In this document: piece after piece, positions 48,533 to 58,116 of the stretch
Numbering within the stretch: the first letter of the stretch is position 1
Layout: every line of letters starts with the position of its first letter
Source of the DNA: Candidatus Multivorans sp.
Lineage (GTDB): Bacteria > Acidobacteriota > Thermoanaerobaculia > Multivoradales > Multivoraceae
Direction of reading: 5' to 3'
NCBI GenBank assembly: GCA_965262355.1
Contig: OZ253534.1
Coordinates: 3,023,670 to 3,087,669 of the forward strand
DNA: 64,000 nt
The notes under the pieces: model-generated
Told to the model about the DNA's origin: nothing
Databases searched by the model: none
The model's input: the letters and a program-made list of their open reading frames with translations, nothing else
Program-made: the position numbers and the translations under genes

Positions 48533-49236
48533 AGCAGCGCCGGCGCAGAGCCCTGGCTCGCGGTGGCTTCGCTCCCCTCGCGAAGCCCGGCGTACCTGTC
48601 CTCGAGGAACTCCTCGAGTTCGTCGGTATCGAAGTTGAACGGCCCCATGCCGCCCTTGTAGGCGATCGTGCCGCCCTTGTCGATCACGTAGATGCGCTCG
48701 GGCCAACCGGCGTAGCAGGCGTTGGCGGTGTTGGCGATGTCGTCCACCAGGGTCCGTGTCTTGACATCCATCGCCTCGACGAACTCCTTGGCGAGGTCCA
48801 TGCGGTCAACCATCGTCTTCGGCTGATTGAAGATCAGTTCGTTGGTCACGTTCTTGGGCGCTTGCCACTCGTCGTCGGGGTGGGCTTCCTTGATGTAGAT
48901 GTAGCTGAACTCGACCGCCGGGCTCCACTCTTCTCGCACCTCTTCGAGCCGGGCCACACGGGCCCGGAAGGGCGGTCACGTGTAGCTGCCGAAGACGAGC
49001 ACGAGGGGCTTGGCAGCCCACAGGGCGGAGAGGCGCATCTGATCGCCGCCGACCAGGTCCAAGGGCAGGTCGGGGGCGAAGTCGCCGACCTGGAGGATGC
49101 CCTCCGTGCGAATGTCGTACTCGTTGAGCCTGATGAGCCCGCGCTCCGCCAGGAAGCGGTAGGTCTTGAAGCCGCCCCATCCGAGGACACCGAGGATGAC
49201 CAGACTGACAACGACTATCGTGACCCAGCGTTTCAT
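48496..49236 (-). CDS. Iodothyronine-deiodinase-family thioredoxin-fold selenoprotein, membrane-anchored. In-frame TGA = Sec at 48976-48978. The ORF track splits it into two ORFs
   Basis: Translation across the TGA gives LVLVFGSYT-U-PPFRARV (deiodinase active site FGSCTUPPF); downstream family motifs FSYIYIKEAHPDDEW and YAGWPERIYVIDKGGTIAYKGGMGP; N-terminal TM anchor; both ORFs share a frame. Confidence 0.75.
48949..48975 (-). promoter_or_regulatory. Candidate bacterial SECIS hairpin immediately 3' of the UGA
   Basis: mRNA: UGA-ccgcccuu-CCGGGCC-cgugu-GGCCCGG; 7-bp GC stem, GU-containing apical loop, 8 nt after UGA. Confidence 0.5.
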
Positions 49237-49283
49237 GGCGGACTCTCCTCCTAGTATGGGGCGGAAACTATAGCGGAACCGCG

Positions 49284-50465
49284 CTAGGCGGCCTTTCCGA
49301 CCACGGAGACGCAGCTCACGCAGTTGCCGGGAAGTCCTCCGAGATTGTGGGTCAGTCCGATCCGCGGGTCGGCGACCTGCCGTTCGCCGGCCTCGCCGCG
49401 CAGTTGTAGCCAGATCTCGTACATCATGCGCAGGCCGCTGGCGCCGATCGGGTGGCCGAAGCTCTTGAGTCCGCCATCGGAATTGATCGGCTGGCGACCG
49501 TCGAGTTGGAAGCGGCCGTCCAGGCAGTCTTTCCAGGCCTGGCCGCGCTCGGAGAATCCGAGGTCCTCCATCAGCACCAGCTCGGTCGGAGTAAAACAGT
49601 CGTGGACCTCCGCCAGACTGATTTCCTCGCGCGGGTTCGTGATGCCGGCCTGCCGGTAGGCGTCCTCGGCGCTGGCCACAACCTCGGGGAAGGTGGTGAA
49701 GTCGTAGTCCGGTTTCTTGACCCCTTCGGCCGGCCCGACGACGAATCCGACGCCCTTCAAGAGAAGCGGGTCGTCGCAGTAGCGGTGGGCGTCCTCGGCC
49801 CGGCAGAGGACCGCGGCGGCAGCGCCGTCGCTCACTCCCGAGCAGTCGAAGAGCCCGAGCTTGCCGGCGATCGGAGGAGAGGACCTGATCCGTTCCAAAG
49901 GCACCTCGCGCCGGAACTGGGCCTTGGGGTTCTTGGCCCCATTGGCGTGGTTCTTGTACGCGATCCGGGACAGCACGTCCTTCAGCGTGTCTTCGCTGAC
50001 GCCGTACTTCTCGGCGTAGGCCGGCACGATCATGGAGAACGCCGCCGGCGGCGTCATCTCGAGTTCGGTGCCGTCTGTCGTCGGATTCAGATCGAAGAGC
50101 CCGGAGTAGCCCGAGTCCTTCAACTTCTCGACACCGAGGGCCATGACGATGTCGTAGGCGCCGCTGGCGACCGCATACGCCGCGTTGCGCAGAGCTTCGC
50201 TACCGGTGGCGCAGAAGTTCTCCACGTGGGTGACCGGCTTGTAGCGAATCTTCAACGGCTCGGCGAGGAGCAGACCCGAAGCCAGGGTGCCGGCGCTGCC
50301 GAGCCAGAAGGCGTCGATCTCGGCGAGATCGAGCCCCGCCGAAACGAGTGCTTCTTGCGACGCCGTCAGGGAGAGATCGCCGATGCTCTGGTCCCAGTGC
50401 TCCCCGAAGGAGGTGCACCCCATCCCGATGATCGCGACCCGATCCTTGATTCCATGACTCGGCAT
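49284..50465 (-). CDS. SCP-x-type thiolase / lipid-transfer-protein-like thiolase
   Basis: VAIIGMGCTSFGE; thiolase-fold C-terminal GGLKSFGHPIGASG. Confidence 0.8.
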   Translation of the reverse strand: MPSHGIKDRVAIIGMGCTSFGEHWDQSIGDLSLTASQEALVSAGLDLAEIDAFWLGSAGTLASGLLLAEPLKIRYKPVTHVENFCATGSEALRNAAYAVASGAYDIVMALGVEKLKDSGYSGLFDLNPTTDGTELEMTPPAAFSMIVPAYAEKYGVSEDTLKDVLSRIAYKNHANGAKNPKAQFRREVPLERIRSSPPIAGKLGLFDCSGVSDGAAAAVLCRAEDAHRYCDDPLLLKGVGFVVGPAEGVKKPDYDFTTFPEVVASAEDAYRQAGITNPREEISLAEVHDCFTPTELVLMEDLGFSERGQAWKDCLDGRFQLDGRQPINSDGGLKSFGHPIGASGLRMMYEIWLQLRGEAGERQVADPRIGLTHNLGGLPGNCVSCVSVVGKAA

Positions 50466-50501
50466 GACCTTCTCCTTCGCAAGTCCGATCGGCCCTCTGC
50501 T

Positions 50502-51884
50502 TCAGCGCCGCGGTCTGGCCTTCCAGAAGTAGTTGTGAATGCCTTCAGCGGAGTGCAGGCAGCGAAACGTCATTTCGACCCGGTCCCCGATCCGCACGTT
50601 GTGCGGGTCGATGTCGGTGAGTTGGCAGGGTAGCCTGCCGCCTCGATCGAAGTCGAGCATGGCGACGACCACCGGCGGCTGCAGGGAATAGGCGAGATTG
50701 TCCTGCGTGTAGGTGGCTACCCGTGCCGCCCTGTCGGCGAAGGACTCGGGCTCGGTCTCGTCGATCGAGTTGCACTCGACGCACACTCTCTGGGGCGGCA
50801 GGTTCGCCGTGCCGCAGTTGGCGCAGCGCGATCCGACGAAGCCGAATTTCCAGCGCTTGGCGCGATACGACGGCGGCGCTGCCGGCCGCTTCGGGTCGGG
50901 ACGCCGGGGCTTCTCGAATGGAAGCACGCCGCGCCACTTGAGGTAGGTGTTGTACTGCAGGTCGTTGCGCTTGGCCTCGATCCATCGTCCCACGCTCCGC
51001 TCGGGGCGGCTGGCGGCGATCGCCTCGGTCACCTCGAAGATGATCGCGTCGGCGCCGTCGATGCCGGCGATGACCGCGATCCGGTCGCCGGGCTCGGCCC
51101 GGTCGAGAACGTTTGCCAGGGCAAGGCCCACATGCGCCGTGCCGGCCCGCCCGACGGAGGCCGCGAGATCGTCGGCCAGGCGATCGGCGGGAATGCCTGC
51201 CTTGGCGACGAAGCTCCGCACCGCGCGCGGGTTCGTGCTGTCCACGATGACCCTGGTCAGGCTTTCCGCGGCAACGCCGGCGCCGGTCAGGGCCTGCTCC
51301 AGCGCGCGCAGCATGAGGGGGACGATGATCTGAGTCCCGAACCGCTCCTCCCATTGATTGGCGAAAGGCTCATTCGGCGCCCGCCACACGTCCATGAACT
51401 CGTCGGTCGCTGAGCCGCTGCCCAGAACTTCCGCGCAAGCTTCAACGCTGGGACCGAAGCTGAAGGCCGCGGCCCCGTCGCCGCCGGTCGCCTCACGCGC
51501 ACCGCCTGGGGCGCCGACCATCACTTCGCTCAGGCACACGAGCGGCCGCCGTCCGCCGAGGGCCAGGTCGTTGCCAAGCGCCAGGGAAGACAGGCCGGCC
51601 CGGCTCGAGCCGCCGAAGTCGTGCCCCCCAACGCCGGGCGGCAAGTCGAGCGCCGCATGGATGGTGGCGGCGTCGAGCTTCTCGGCGTAGGCGGGCGTTG
51701 TCGTTGCGAAGCAGAGAGTGTCGATCCGGGCACCGCCGCGCAGAGCCTCGCGCGCCGCCTCGACCGCCATCGACACCGAGCTCTCGTCGTAGCTCGCCGC
51801 GGCGCGCTCACCGCGGCCGCCGAACACGGCGCGGTTGAGGCGGTTGTACGGTACGTAGGCGCCGTAGGTGACGATTCCAGCCAA
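50502..51884 (-). CDS. Thiolase-fold (HMG-CoA-synthase-like) domain fused to DUF35 (Zn-ribbon + OB-fold) domain
   Basis: C-terminal CANCG...CVEC zinc ribbon followed by OB-fold (DUF35); N-terminal about 350 aa condensing-enzyme-like. Confidence 0.65.
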   Translation of the reverse strand: MAGIVTYGAYVPYNRLNRAVFGGRGERAAASYDESSVSMAVEAAREALRGGARIDTLCFATTTPAYAEKLDAATIHAALDLPPGVGGHDFGGSSRAGLSSLALGNDLALGGRRPLVCLSEVMVGAPGGAREATGGDGAAAFSFGPSVEACAEVLGSGSATDEFMDVWRAPNEPFANQWEERFGTQIIVPLMLRALEQALTGAGVAAESLTRVIVDSTNPRAVRSFVAKAGIPADRLADDLAASVGRAGTAHVGLALANVLDRAEPGDRIAVIAGIDGADAIIFEVTEAIAASRPERSVGRWIEAKRNDLQYNTYLKWRGVLPFEKPRRPDPKRPAAPPSYRAKRWKFGFVGSRCANCGTANLPPQRVCVECNSIDETEPESFADRAARVATYTQDNLAYSLQPPVVVAMLDFDRGGRLPCQLTDIDPHNVRIGDRVEMTFRCLHSAEGIHNYFWKARPRR

Positions 51885-51906
51885 CTTCGTGCTGCTCCTG
51901 CCGCTG

Positions 51907-54498
51907 CTAGCGATCCCCGACCCAGAACGGACTCGACCAGGCCCGGCCGCCGTCGAGTTGGGTTACCCGAACATAGTAGTAGTCGCCGTCCGCAACGTCC
52001 TCGAAGTCCACGAACTGAACTTCCCGGTCGAGGGCGCCGCTTGGATCGACCGCCTGCAGGTTGAGGCGGTCCAGGTGAGGTCCGACCGGCAGCTCATGAT
52101 GGAGGCGGCCGGCCTCAAGCTCGCCGAGCCGGACTTCGAAGTCGGCGGCGGCGATCCGGGCGGCGGGCCTGACCGCCGGTGCGAAGCCGAACTCCGTGGT
52201 CGCCTCGAGGCGGAAGCGGAGCCGGGTTTGAGGACCGGCGCCATCGAGTTCGACCAGGAACGAGTCGGCGCGGCCGCGAGTCAGGATGCGGAACCTGGCG
52301 CCGTCCCGCGACCCTTGATCGAGCCGCGAGACTTGATCGCGAAGCGGGTTGTCGAGGCCGGTCGGTGCGATGCCGATAAGGCGCGCTCCCTCGACTTCGA
52401 GGGTACCTTCCCACTGTCGGTAGCCGCGGGGGTTGTCGAGCTGCTCGCCGAAGACCTCGGAAGAGGATTCGAAGGACACCTGCAGCCAAGTGTGCGGCTT
52501 GAGCGGTTCGGCAAGGTAGTGCTTGCTGAGGATGATGTCGCCGTTGCGCACCACGTCGATTCGATCGATCGGCGAAGTGCCGTTGACCTTCACCCGGATC
52601 TCGCGCCGCCCGGCGCTCTCCTGCCGGCGCCCCATGCCGGCGCCGTTCAGAGTCGCCTCGAGCAGAATGCGTTGCCCGGAAGTGGCGTAGCACGAGAGGT
52701 TACGCAGCGCCGAGAACACGGCGTCTCTGCTGAGTTCGGGGGCCAGCACGGCGGCCAGACCCCCGGGCTGGGAGACGCTCGAGAGGGGTCCCGGCGCCAG
52801 TCCCGGCTTGGCATGGTGGTCGTCCGAGGCGGCCACGAAGCCGAGTTCGAAGCCGCTCTTGAGGTAGCGGTTGGCAAACCACTCGAAGCTGCCGTGAACC
52901 GAGTAGAGCTCGACCAGCTTTTCCAGCTCGGGATCGCTGCGGGTCCAGTCGCCGGCGCGATGGGCGTGCGGAATGACCAGGACCTCGTCGGGATCGTAGA
53001 TCGCATGCAGTTGGCGATAGAGATCGGGCAGCCGGGTCGCTTCCTGAACGGAGACTCGACGGCTCCAGGGATCGAGAAAGAAGACGTTGTGGTGCCCGCC
53101 ACGGTTGCTGAACGCTGTCCATTCGTAGCCCAGGATGCCGATGAAGCGACCCTCTTCGCTGAAGTCGCGGGTCAGCTCCCCGAGGTGAAGCCACTCGCTG
53201 TCGTCCATCCAGATGTCGTGCTCCGAGAGCGTCGCGAAGTCGAGGCGGGCGTCTCGGCTGGCGTACTCGAAGAACGCCCGCGCCGAGCCGGTTCCCTCCG
53301 CCAGTCCGGTGTGGCCGTGGGTGTCGCCCCAGAGAATGCGCTCCGCCGGTTCATGCTCGACCCGAATCGGGTTGCTGGTCGCGCGCAACCGGCCATCGAC
53401 CGAGCGCACCTCGAGGCGGTGGACTCCGGGCGCTTCGATCGCCAATTGGTCGACCACCGTCAGGGCATCGTGGCCGGCCTCGACCCTCGCCATGGCGTCC
53501 CCGTTCAGGAACACCTCGTAGGCGGGAATCGGCCCGCTGGCTCGATTGATGGCCCGGTCTTCGCTTCGCACCGTGATCTCGAAGGCCTCGCCGGCGCCGA
53601 CGACGGATGGCGCCAGGATCCGAACGGCGTGGACTGCCGCCTCGCCGACGACCTCGATTCCCGGCAACTCGGGAGTCAGGTACGTCCCGCTGCCGTCGAT
53701 GTCCACGTAGACCGGCAGCAGCAGCTCGTCACTGCTGAATGCCGGCACCGCGAGACGGCTCGATTCGCCGCCGTAGGTGAACGTGACCGTTTCCCCCGGT
53801 TTGAGCGCGGCCCCCTCAAGCCGGAAGCCGGGCAGCGGACGTTTGCCTGGGACGTGCGAGTGGACACCGTTCCATTCCACCTGGACGGGCTCGAACAGAG
53901 CCGAGGGGTTGGAACTGCGCACCGAGACGAAGTTCTCGGCGGCCGGATCCTGGTTCTGGGGTCGGGTTTCGTTACCGGTCCCCGACTTGCCGACCAGGAA
54001 TCCTCCGCCGAGCGCGAGGCCGCGGGCGCCGGCGGTGTACGTCTGCTCGACGATGACCCGGGTGCCGGAGACCAGGGGGCTGGCCGTGGTCATGCGCAAC
54101 GCGCCCATTGCCTGCGGATCCGACTCCTTCAACTCGAGTTCCCGCACGTACTGATCGAACCGCTCCACTTGTGTCTGAAGGTACAGATCGATAGCTGGCG
54201 GCAGGCGAACTTCACCGCCGTCCGCTTCGGCGAAGCGAACCAGGGCCACCGTGAGGGGTAGATCCGCCGGCAAGACGCCTCCGTCGAGGGCGAAGCTGTT
54301 GGCCCAGTCCCACAAGGTGTCGGTGCGGCGGAAGATGTTGTGTGCCGACGTGGGCTCGCGCTCGATGTCCGCGATCAGCTTCTCGACCCGGTCGCGAAGG
54401 TCTTCGGCAGTCTGGACGGACTCGGGCGCCGGAGAGCAGCCAATCCATAGCAGTGCCAGCGCGACCAGCACGGCCGCGCTTTGACGCCGGGACGGCAT
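51907..54498 (-). CDS. Large DUF3604-like (PHP-like metal hydrolase) lipoprotein, paralog A (863 aa)
   Basis: Lipobox WIGCS; ILWGDTHGHTGLAEG, LSEHD, GGHHNVFF, VIPHAHRAGDW, ASDDHH; C-terminal YYYVRVTQLDGGRAWSSPFWVG. Confidence 0.6.
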   Translation of the reverse strand: MPSRRQSAAVLVALALLWIGCSPAPESVQTAEDLRDRVEKLIADIEREPTSAHNIFRRTDTLWDWANSFALDGGVLPADLPLTVALVRFAEADGGEVRLPPAIDLYLQTQVERFDQYVRELELKESDPQAMGALRMTTASPLVSGTRVIVEQTYTAGARGLALGGGFLVGKSGTGNETRPQNQDPAAENFVSVRSSNPSALFEPVQVEWNGVHSHVPGKRPLPGFRLEGAALKPGETVTFTYGGESSRLAVPAFSSDELLLPVYVDIDGSGTYLTPELPGIEVVGEAAVHAVRILAPSVVGAGEAFEITVRSEDRAINRASGPIPAYEVFLNGDAMARVEAGHDALTVVDQLAIEAPGVHRLEVRSVDGRLRATSNPIRVEHEPAERILWGDTHGHTGLAEGTGSARAFFEYASRDARLDFATLSEHDIWMDDSEWLHLGELTRDFSEEGRFIGILGYEWTAFSNRGGHHNVFFLDPWSRRVSVQEATRLPDLYRQLHAIYDPDEVLVIPHAHRAGDWTRSDPELEKLVELYSVHGSFEWFANRYLKSGFELGFVAASDDHHAKPGLAPGPLSSVSQPGGLAAVLAPELSRDAVFSALRNLSCYATSGQRILLEATLNGAGMGRRQESAGRREIRVKVNGTSPIDRIDVVRNGDIILSKHYLAEPLKPHTWLQVSFESSSEVFGEQLDNPRGYRQWEGTLEVEGARLIGIAPTGLDNPLRDQVSRLDQGSRDGARFRILTRGRADSFLVELDGAGPQTRLRFRLEATTEFGFAPAVRPAARIAAADFEVRLGELEAGRLHHELPVGPHLDRLNLQAVDPSGALDREVQFVDFEDVADGDYYYVRVTQLDGGRAWSSPFWVGDR

Positions 54499-55346
54499 CA
54501 GCTATTGATCACCTGGTCGATCACGTGCCGGATGGCGGCCGGATCCCAAGGGTCGTCGCTCGTGTGCTGCTTGGCGCCCACGGTGCTCATCATGCGGTAG
54601 GCGAAGATGTGTGTCCCCTCGACTCCCAGCGTCTGGCCGGTGATGTGAGCCGCGTGGTCCGATGCCAGGAAGACGACCAGGGGTGAAGCGTGTTGGGGGC
54701 CGTAGCGAGCGCCGAAGCTCTCGGTGACGCCCGGATTGTCCGCGGTCATGCGGGTGTAGGCGGTGGGCGAGATCGCGTTGACAGTGATTTCGTAGCGCTG
54801 CAGCTCCATGGCGGCGGTGCGCGTCAGGGCGTAGATGCCGGCCTTCGCCGCGGCGTAGTTGCTCTGCCCGAAGTTCCCCTGCATTCCGGCAATGGATGTC
54901 GTATTGATGATCCGGCCGCCTCGGCCCTGCTCGCGCATCACGCGCCCGGCCGCCTGCAGGCAACTGAAGGTGCCGCTGAGGTGCACCGCCAGAACCGCCT
55001 GCCACTCCGCCTCGCTCATCTTGAGAGCCGTTCGATCGCGCAGGATGCCGGCGTTGTTGACCAGGACGTCGACGCCGCCGAAGGCATCGACCGCCTGCTG
55101 GACGAGTTGGCCGGCGGCATCGAAGGCGCCGACGGCGAGCTTGCTGGCGACGGCATCCCCGCCATCGGCGCGGATCCGGGCGACGACCTCGTCGGCAACG
55201 TCACTCTCGCCCGAACCGTCGCGCGCGCAGCCCGGGTCGTTGACCAGGACGCGCGCTCCTTCCCTGGCGAGGAGAAGGGCGTGGGATCTGCCCAGGCCGT
55301 TGCCTGCGCCGGTGACGATGGCTACTTTTCCGGCCAGCAGTCCCAT
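54498..55346 (-). CDS. SDR-family dehydrogenase (hydroxyacyl-CoA dehydrogenase-like)
   Basis: TGAGNGLG, YAAAK; stop shares one nucleotide with paralog A start (TGATG). Confidence 0.85.
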   Translation of the reverse strand: MGLLAGKVAIVTGAGNGLGRSHALLLAREGARVLVNDPGCARDGSGESDVADEVVARIRADGGDAVASKLAVGAFDAAGQLVQQAVDAFGGVDVLVNNAGILRDRTALKMSEAEWQAVLAVHLSGTFSCLQAAGRVMREQGRGGRIINTTSIAGMQGNFGQSNYAAAKAGIYALTRTAAMELQRYEITVNAISPTAYTRMTADNPGVTESFGARYGPQHASPLVVFLASDHAAHITGQTLGVEGTHIFAYRMMSTVGAKQHTSDDPWDPAAIRHVIDQVINS

Positions 55347-55475
55347 GGGCCTCCTCTCTTGAGTCTCGATCTTCGGCGGTCCACTCTAGCGTCTCCGTAA
55401 CTCCTCTCGGCCGCCGTGCTAACTTGACCTCGACCGTCCAGCCGCCGTCCCAGCCTGAAGGAGCGTGGTACGCGA

Positions 55476-58082
55476 ATGCGGAGTGTTCCTCTCAAAAGAG
55501 TTCTCCTGGCTGTGTGCGCCGTCGTTGTCGCCTGCGCGCCGCCGCCGGGTGACGACTATCTGGACGCGGATCTGAGATTGCGGGTGGAAGCGCTCAAGGT
55601 GGAGGTCGAAGCGGCGCCGGCGACCCGGGAGAACGCGGTGCAGCGCGCCCGAGTGTTCTGGGAGTGGTTGAACGCCTACGCGCTCACCGGTCGAACCCTG
55701 CCCATGGACAGCACCACGGCGGTGATGCGGGTCATGAGCCGGAACGAGCTCAGCCGGGGCATCTCGCCAGCAATCCTCAGGACTCTCGACGACAAGATCC
55801 ACGAACTGGCGATTCGCGACGCGCGCCCGGACGCCATCGGCGACGTTACGGCCAAGGCCGACGAGCTATTGGTCGCCGGCAGTTGGGCGCAACTCGAACA
55901 GACCTATACCGTCGGCTCGATGGGGATGGCCACCGGAGGCTCGTTCCTTCTCGGCGCCCAGATCATGGCCGACCAGGCGTCGATGCAGCACGAGGATCCT
56001 GCGGCGGACAACTACGTTTCGGTCCGTTCGTCGAACGCCGATGCACGTTGGGAGAAGCCCCGCATTCCTCTGTCGGGGAAGCACGGCGGCTTCAAGGACG
56101 AAGCGGAGATGGTGGTCTTCCGGCTCGCGGAAGGCACGCTCGAGCACGGCGACACGGTGACCTTCACCTACGGTGACAGGTCGCAGGGCTCCTCGGGCCT
56201 GAGGTTGCAGACGCTGACGACCGAGAAGCTGGTGCTGCCGATCTACGTCGACCTTACGGGCGCCGGGGTCTTCTTTACGCCTCGCTGGCCGCATCACGAG
56301 ATCGTCGGCCGGAACGAAGTCGAGTCGTTGGCGGTCTTCGCTCCTTCCGTGGTCGCGGCGAGCGAGGAGATCGACTTGGTGGTGCGCAGCGAGGATCGGC
56401 ACTTCAACCGCTCGCGCGGTGTCACCGTTCAGGAGTACGAAGTGCTGCTAGACGGTGAGGCCGTCGCCACGGTACCCGCGGGTTCGGAGTCGGCGGCCGG
56501 CGTCGAAGGCTTGTCCGTGAGCAGCCCGAGGGTCGCCCGCTTCGTCGTCCGTTCGGCGGACGGCCGGCTCGAAGCCCGGAGCAATCCGGTCTGGGTCGAG
56601 AGCGCCCCCGAACAGCGAATCTATTGGGGCGAGCTCCACGGCCACGCCGGCTTCGCGGAAGGTCAGGGCGGCGGCGAGCAGTTCTATCGCTACGCCCGCG
56701 ACGACGCGCGGCTCGACTTCGTTGCCCTCACCGATCACGACTCGTCGATGGACGACTTCGAGTGGCGGTACCTGCAGGAGCTCAGCCGGGACTTCAACCG
56801 GGAAGGAGAGTTCCTCGCCATTCTCGGCTACGAGTGGAGCGCCACCCGGGATCTCGGAGGGCACCACAACGTCTTCTTCCGCTCCCGCGATCGTTCGCGG
56901 GTGCCGAATCAGGAGGCGCCGACCCTGGCCCAGATGTACGAGCGTCTGCGGAGCGAGAACCAGCCGTCCGAGGTGCTGGTCATTCCGCATGCCCACCAGG
57001 CTGGCGACTGGAACCAGAGTCCCGGGGATCTCCAGTCGCTGGTGGAGATCATGTCTCAGCACGGGACCTTCGAGTGGTTCGGCAACCGGTACCTGCAGAA
57101 CGGTTTCGAGGTCGGCTTCATCGCGGCCTCGGACGATCATCGCGCCAAGCCGGGCTACAACCCCGGGCTCTTCTTCTCTCCCCACGTTCAGGGCCCCGGC
57201 CTGGCGGCGGCCGTGGCGGCCGAGAAGACCACGGACGCGGTCTTCGACGCTCTACGCTCACGCCGCGCATACGCCACTTCGGGCCAGAGAATCCTGCTCT
57301 CGGCCACCCTGAACGGCGAGCCCATGGGAACGCGGCAGCCGTACACAGAGCGGCGCGAGTTCTCCTGCCGGGTGTCGGGTACTTCTCCCATCGACCGCAT
57401 CGACCTGATCAAGAACGGGCGCGTCCTGCGCAGCCGCAGCTACCTGTCGGCGCCGCTCGAATCGAGTGCCTGGGTGCAGATCGGGTTCGAGTCGTCTTCG
57501 GAGGTCTTCGCTCCCGACCGCGACAATCCGCGCGTCTACAGGGTCTGGTCGGGCGTACTCGAGGTGGCAGGGGCCCGGCTTCTCGGCGTTGAGTCTCCGG
57601 GTCTGAAGAACCCCTATCTCGAGTGGGCCGAGATCGACCCGGAGGAGCCGCAGCGGGTGCGCTTCTACACCGAGACCCGCGGCCGGATGAACACGCTCTT
57701 GCTTCGTCTGAGCGGCGCCAGCAGCTCAACGCGGGTCACGCTGCATCTGGATGCGGCGCGGGAGAACGGCTTTGCGCCGCCGCTCGTTCGGCAGCCGATG
57801 GACATTCCCGCCGCCGAAGTGGCGTTCCAACTCGACGATCTCGAGGACAGCCGCATCGAGCACGTGCTGCCGGTCGGCCGCCATCTCGATCGTCTCAGCC
57901 TGCAGGTGATCGACGCGGATGCCGCCCTCGACCGGGAGTTCGACTTCGTCGATCTCGGGTCGACTGCACCGGGCGACTACTACTACTTCCGAGTGACACA
58001 GCTCGACGGCGGTCAGGCATGGTCGAGCCCCTTCTGGGTCGGCCGCCGCGATGCCGGCGACGGCGCTGCCGCGGGCGGTTAG
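55476..58082 (+). CDS. Large DUF3604-like lipoprotein, paralog B (868 aa)
   Basis: Lipobox VVACA; about 55-60% identical to A through the His-rich core. Confidence 0.6.
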   Translation: MRSVPLKRVLLAVCAVVVACAPPPGDDYLDADLRLRVEALKVEVEAAPATRENAVQRARVFWEWLNAYALTGRTLPMDSTTAVMRVMSRNELSRGISPAILRTLDDKIHELAIRDARPDAIGDVTAKADELLVAGSWAQLEQTYTVGSMGMATGGSFLLGAQIMADQASMQHEDPAADNYVSVRSSNADARWEKPRIPLSGKHGGFKDEAEMVVFRLAEGTLEHGDTVTFTYGDRSQGSSGLRLQTLTTEKLVLPIYVDLTGAGVFFTPRWPHHEIVGRNEVESLAVFAPSVVAASEEIDLVVRSEDRHFNRSRGVTVQEYEVLLDGEAVATVPAGSESAAGVEGLSVSSPRVARFVVRSADGRLEARSNPVWVESAPEQRIYWGELHGHAGFAEGQGGGEQFYRYARDDARLDFVALTDHDSSMDDFEWRYLQELSRDFNREGEFLAILGYEWSATRDLGGHHNVFFRSRDRSRVPNQEAPTLAQMYERLRSENQPSEVLVIPHAHQAGDWNQSPGDLQSLVEIMSQHGTFEWFGNRYLQNGFEVGFIAASDDHRAKPGYNPGLFFSPHVQGPGLAAAVAAEKTTDAVFDALRSRRAYATSGQRILLSATLNGEPMGTRQPYTERREFSCRVSGTSPIDRIDLIKNGRVLRSRSYLSAPLESSAWVQIGFESSSEVFAPDRDNPRVYRVWSGVLEVAGARLLGVESPGLKNPYLEWAEIDPEEPQRVRFYTETRGRMNTLLLRLSGASSSTRVTLHLDAARENGFAPPLVRQPMDIPAAEVAFQLDDLEDSRIEHVLPVGRHLDRLSLQVIDADAALDREFDFVDLGSTAPGDYYYFRVTQLDGGQAWSSPFWVGRRDAGDGAAAGG

Positions 58083-58116
58083 GCGAGGATCGCGAGGCGT
58101 CGCGGGCGGAGAACGG

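Noticed and set aside
48976-48978. TGA as a genuine stop separating two small genes (86 aa and 153 aa)
   Set aside because: Both ORFs share a frame, and the TGA sits exactly at the Sec position of the deiodinase FGSCTUPPF motif. The downstream ORF would start at GTG without an RBS, and a hairpin follows the codon.
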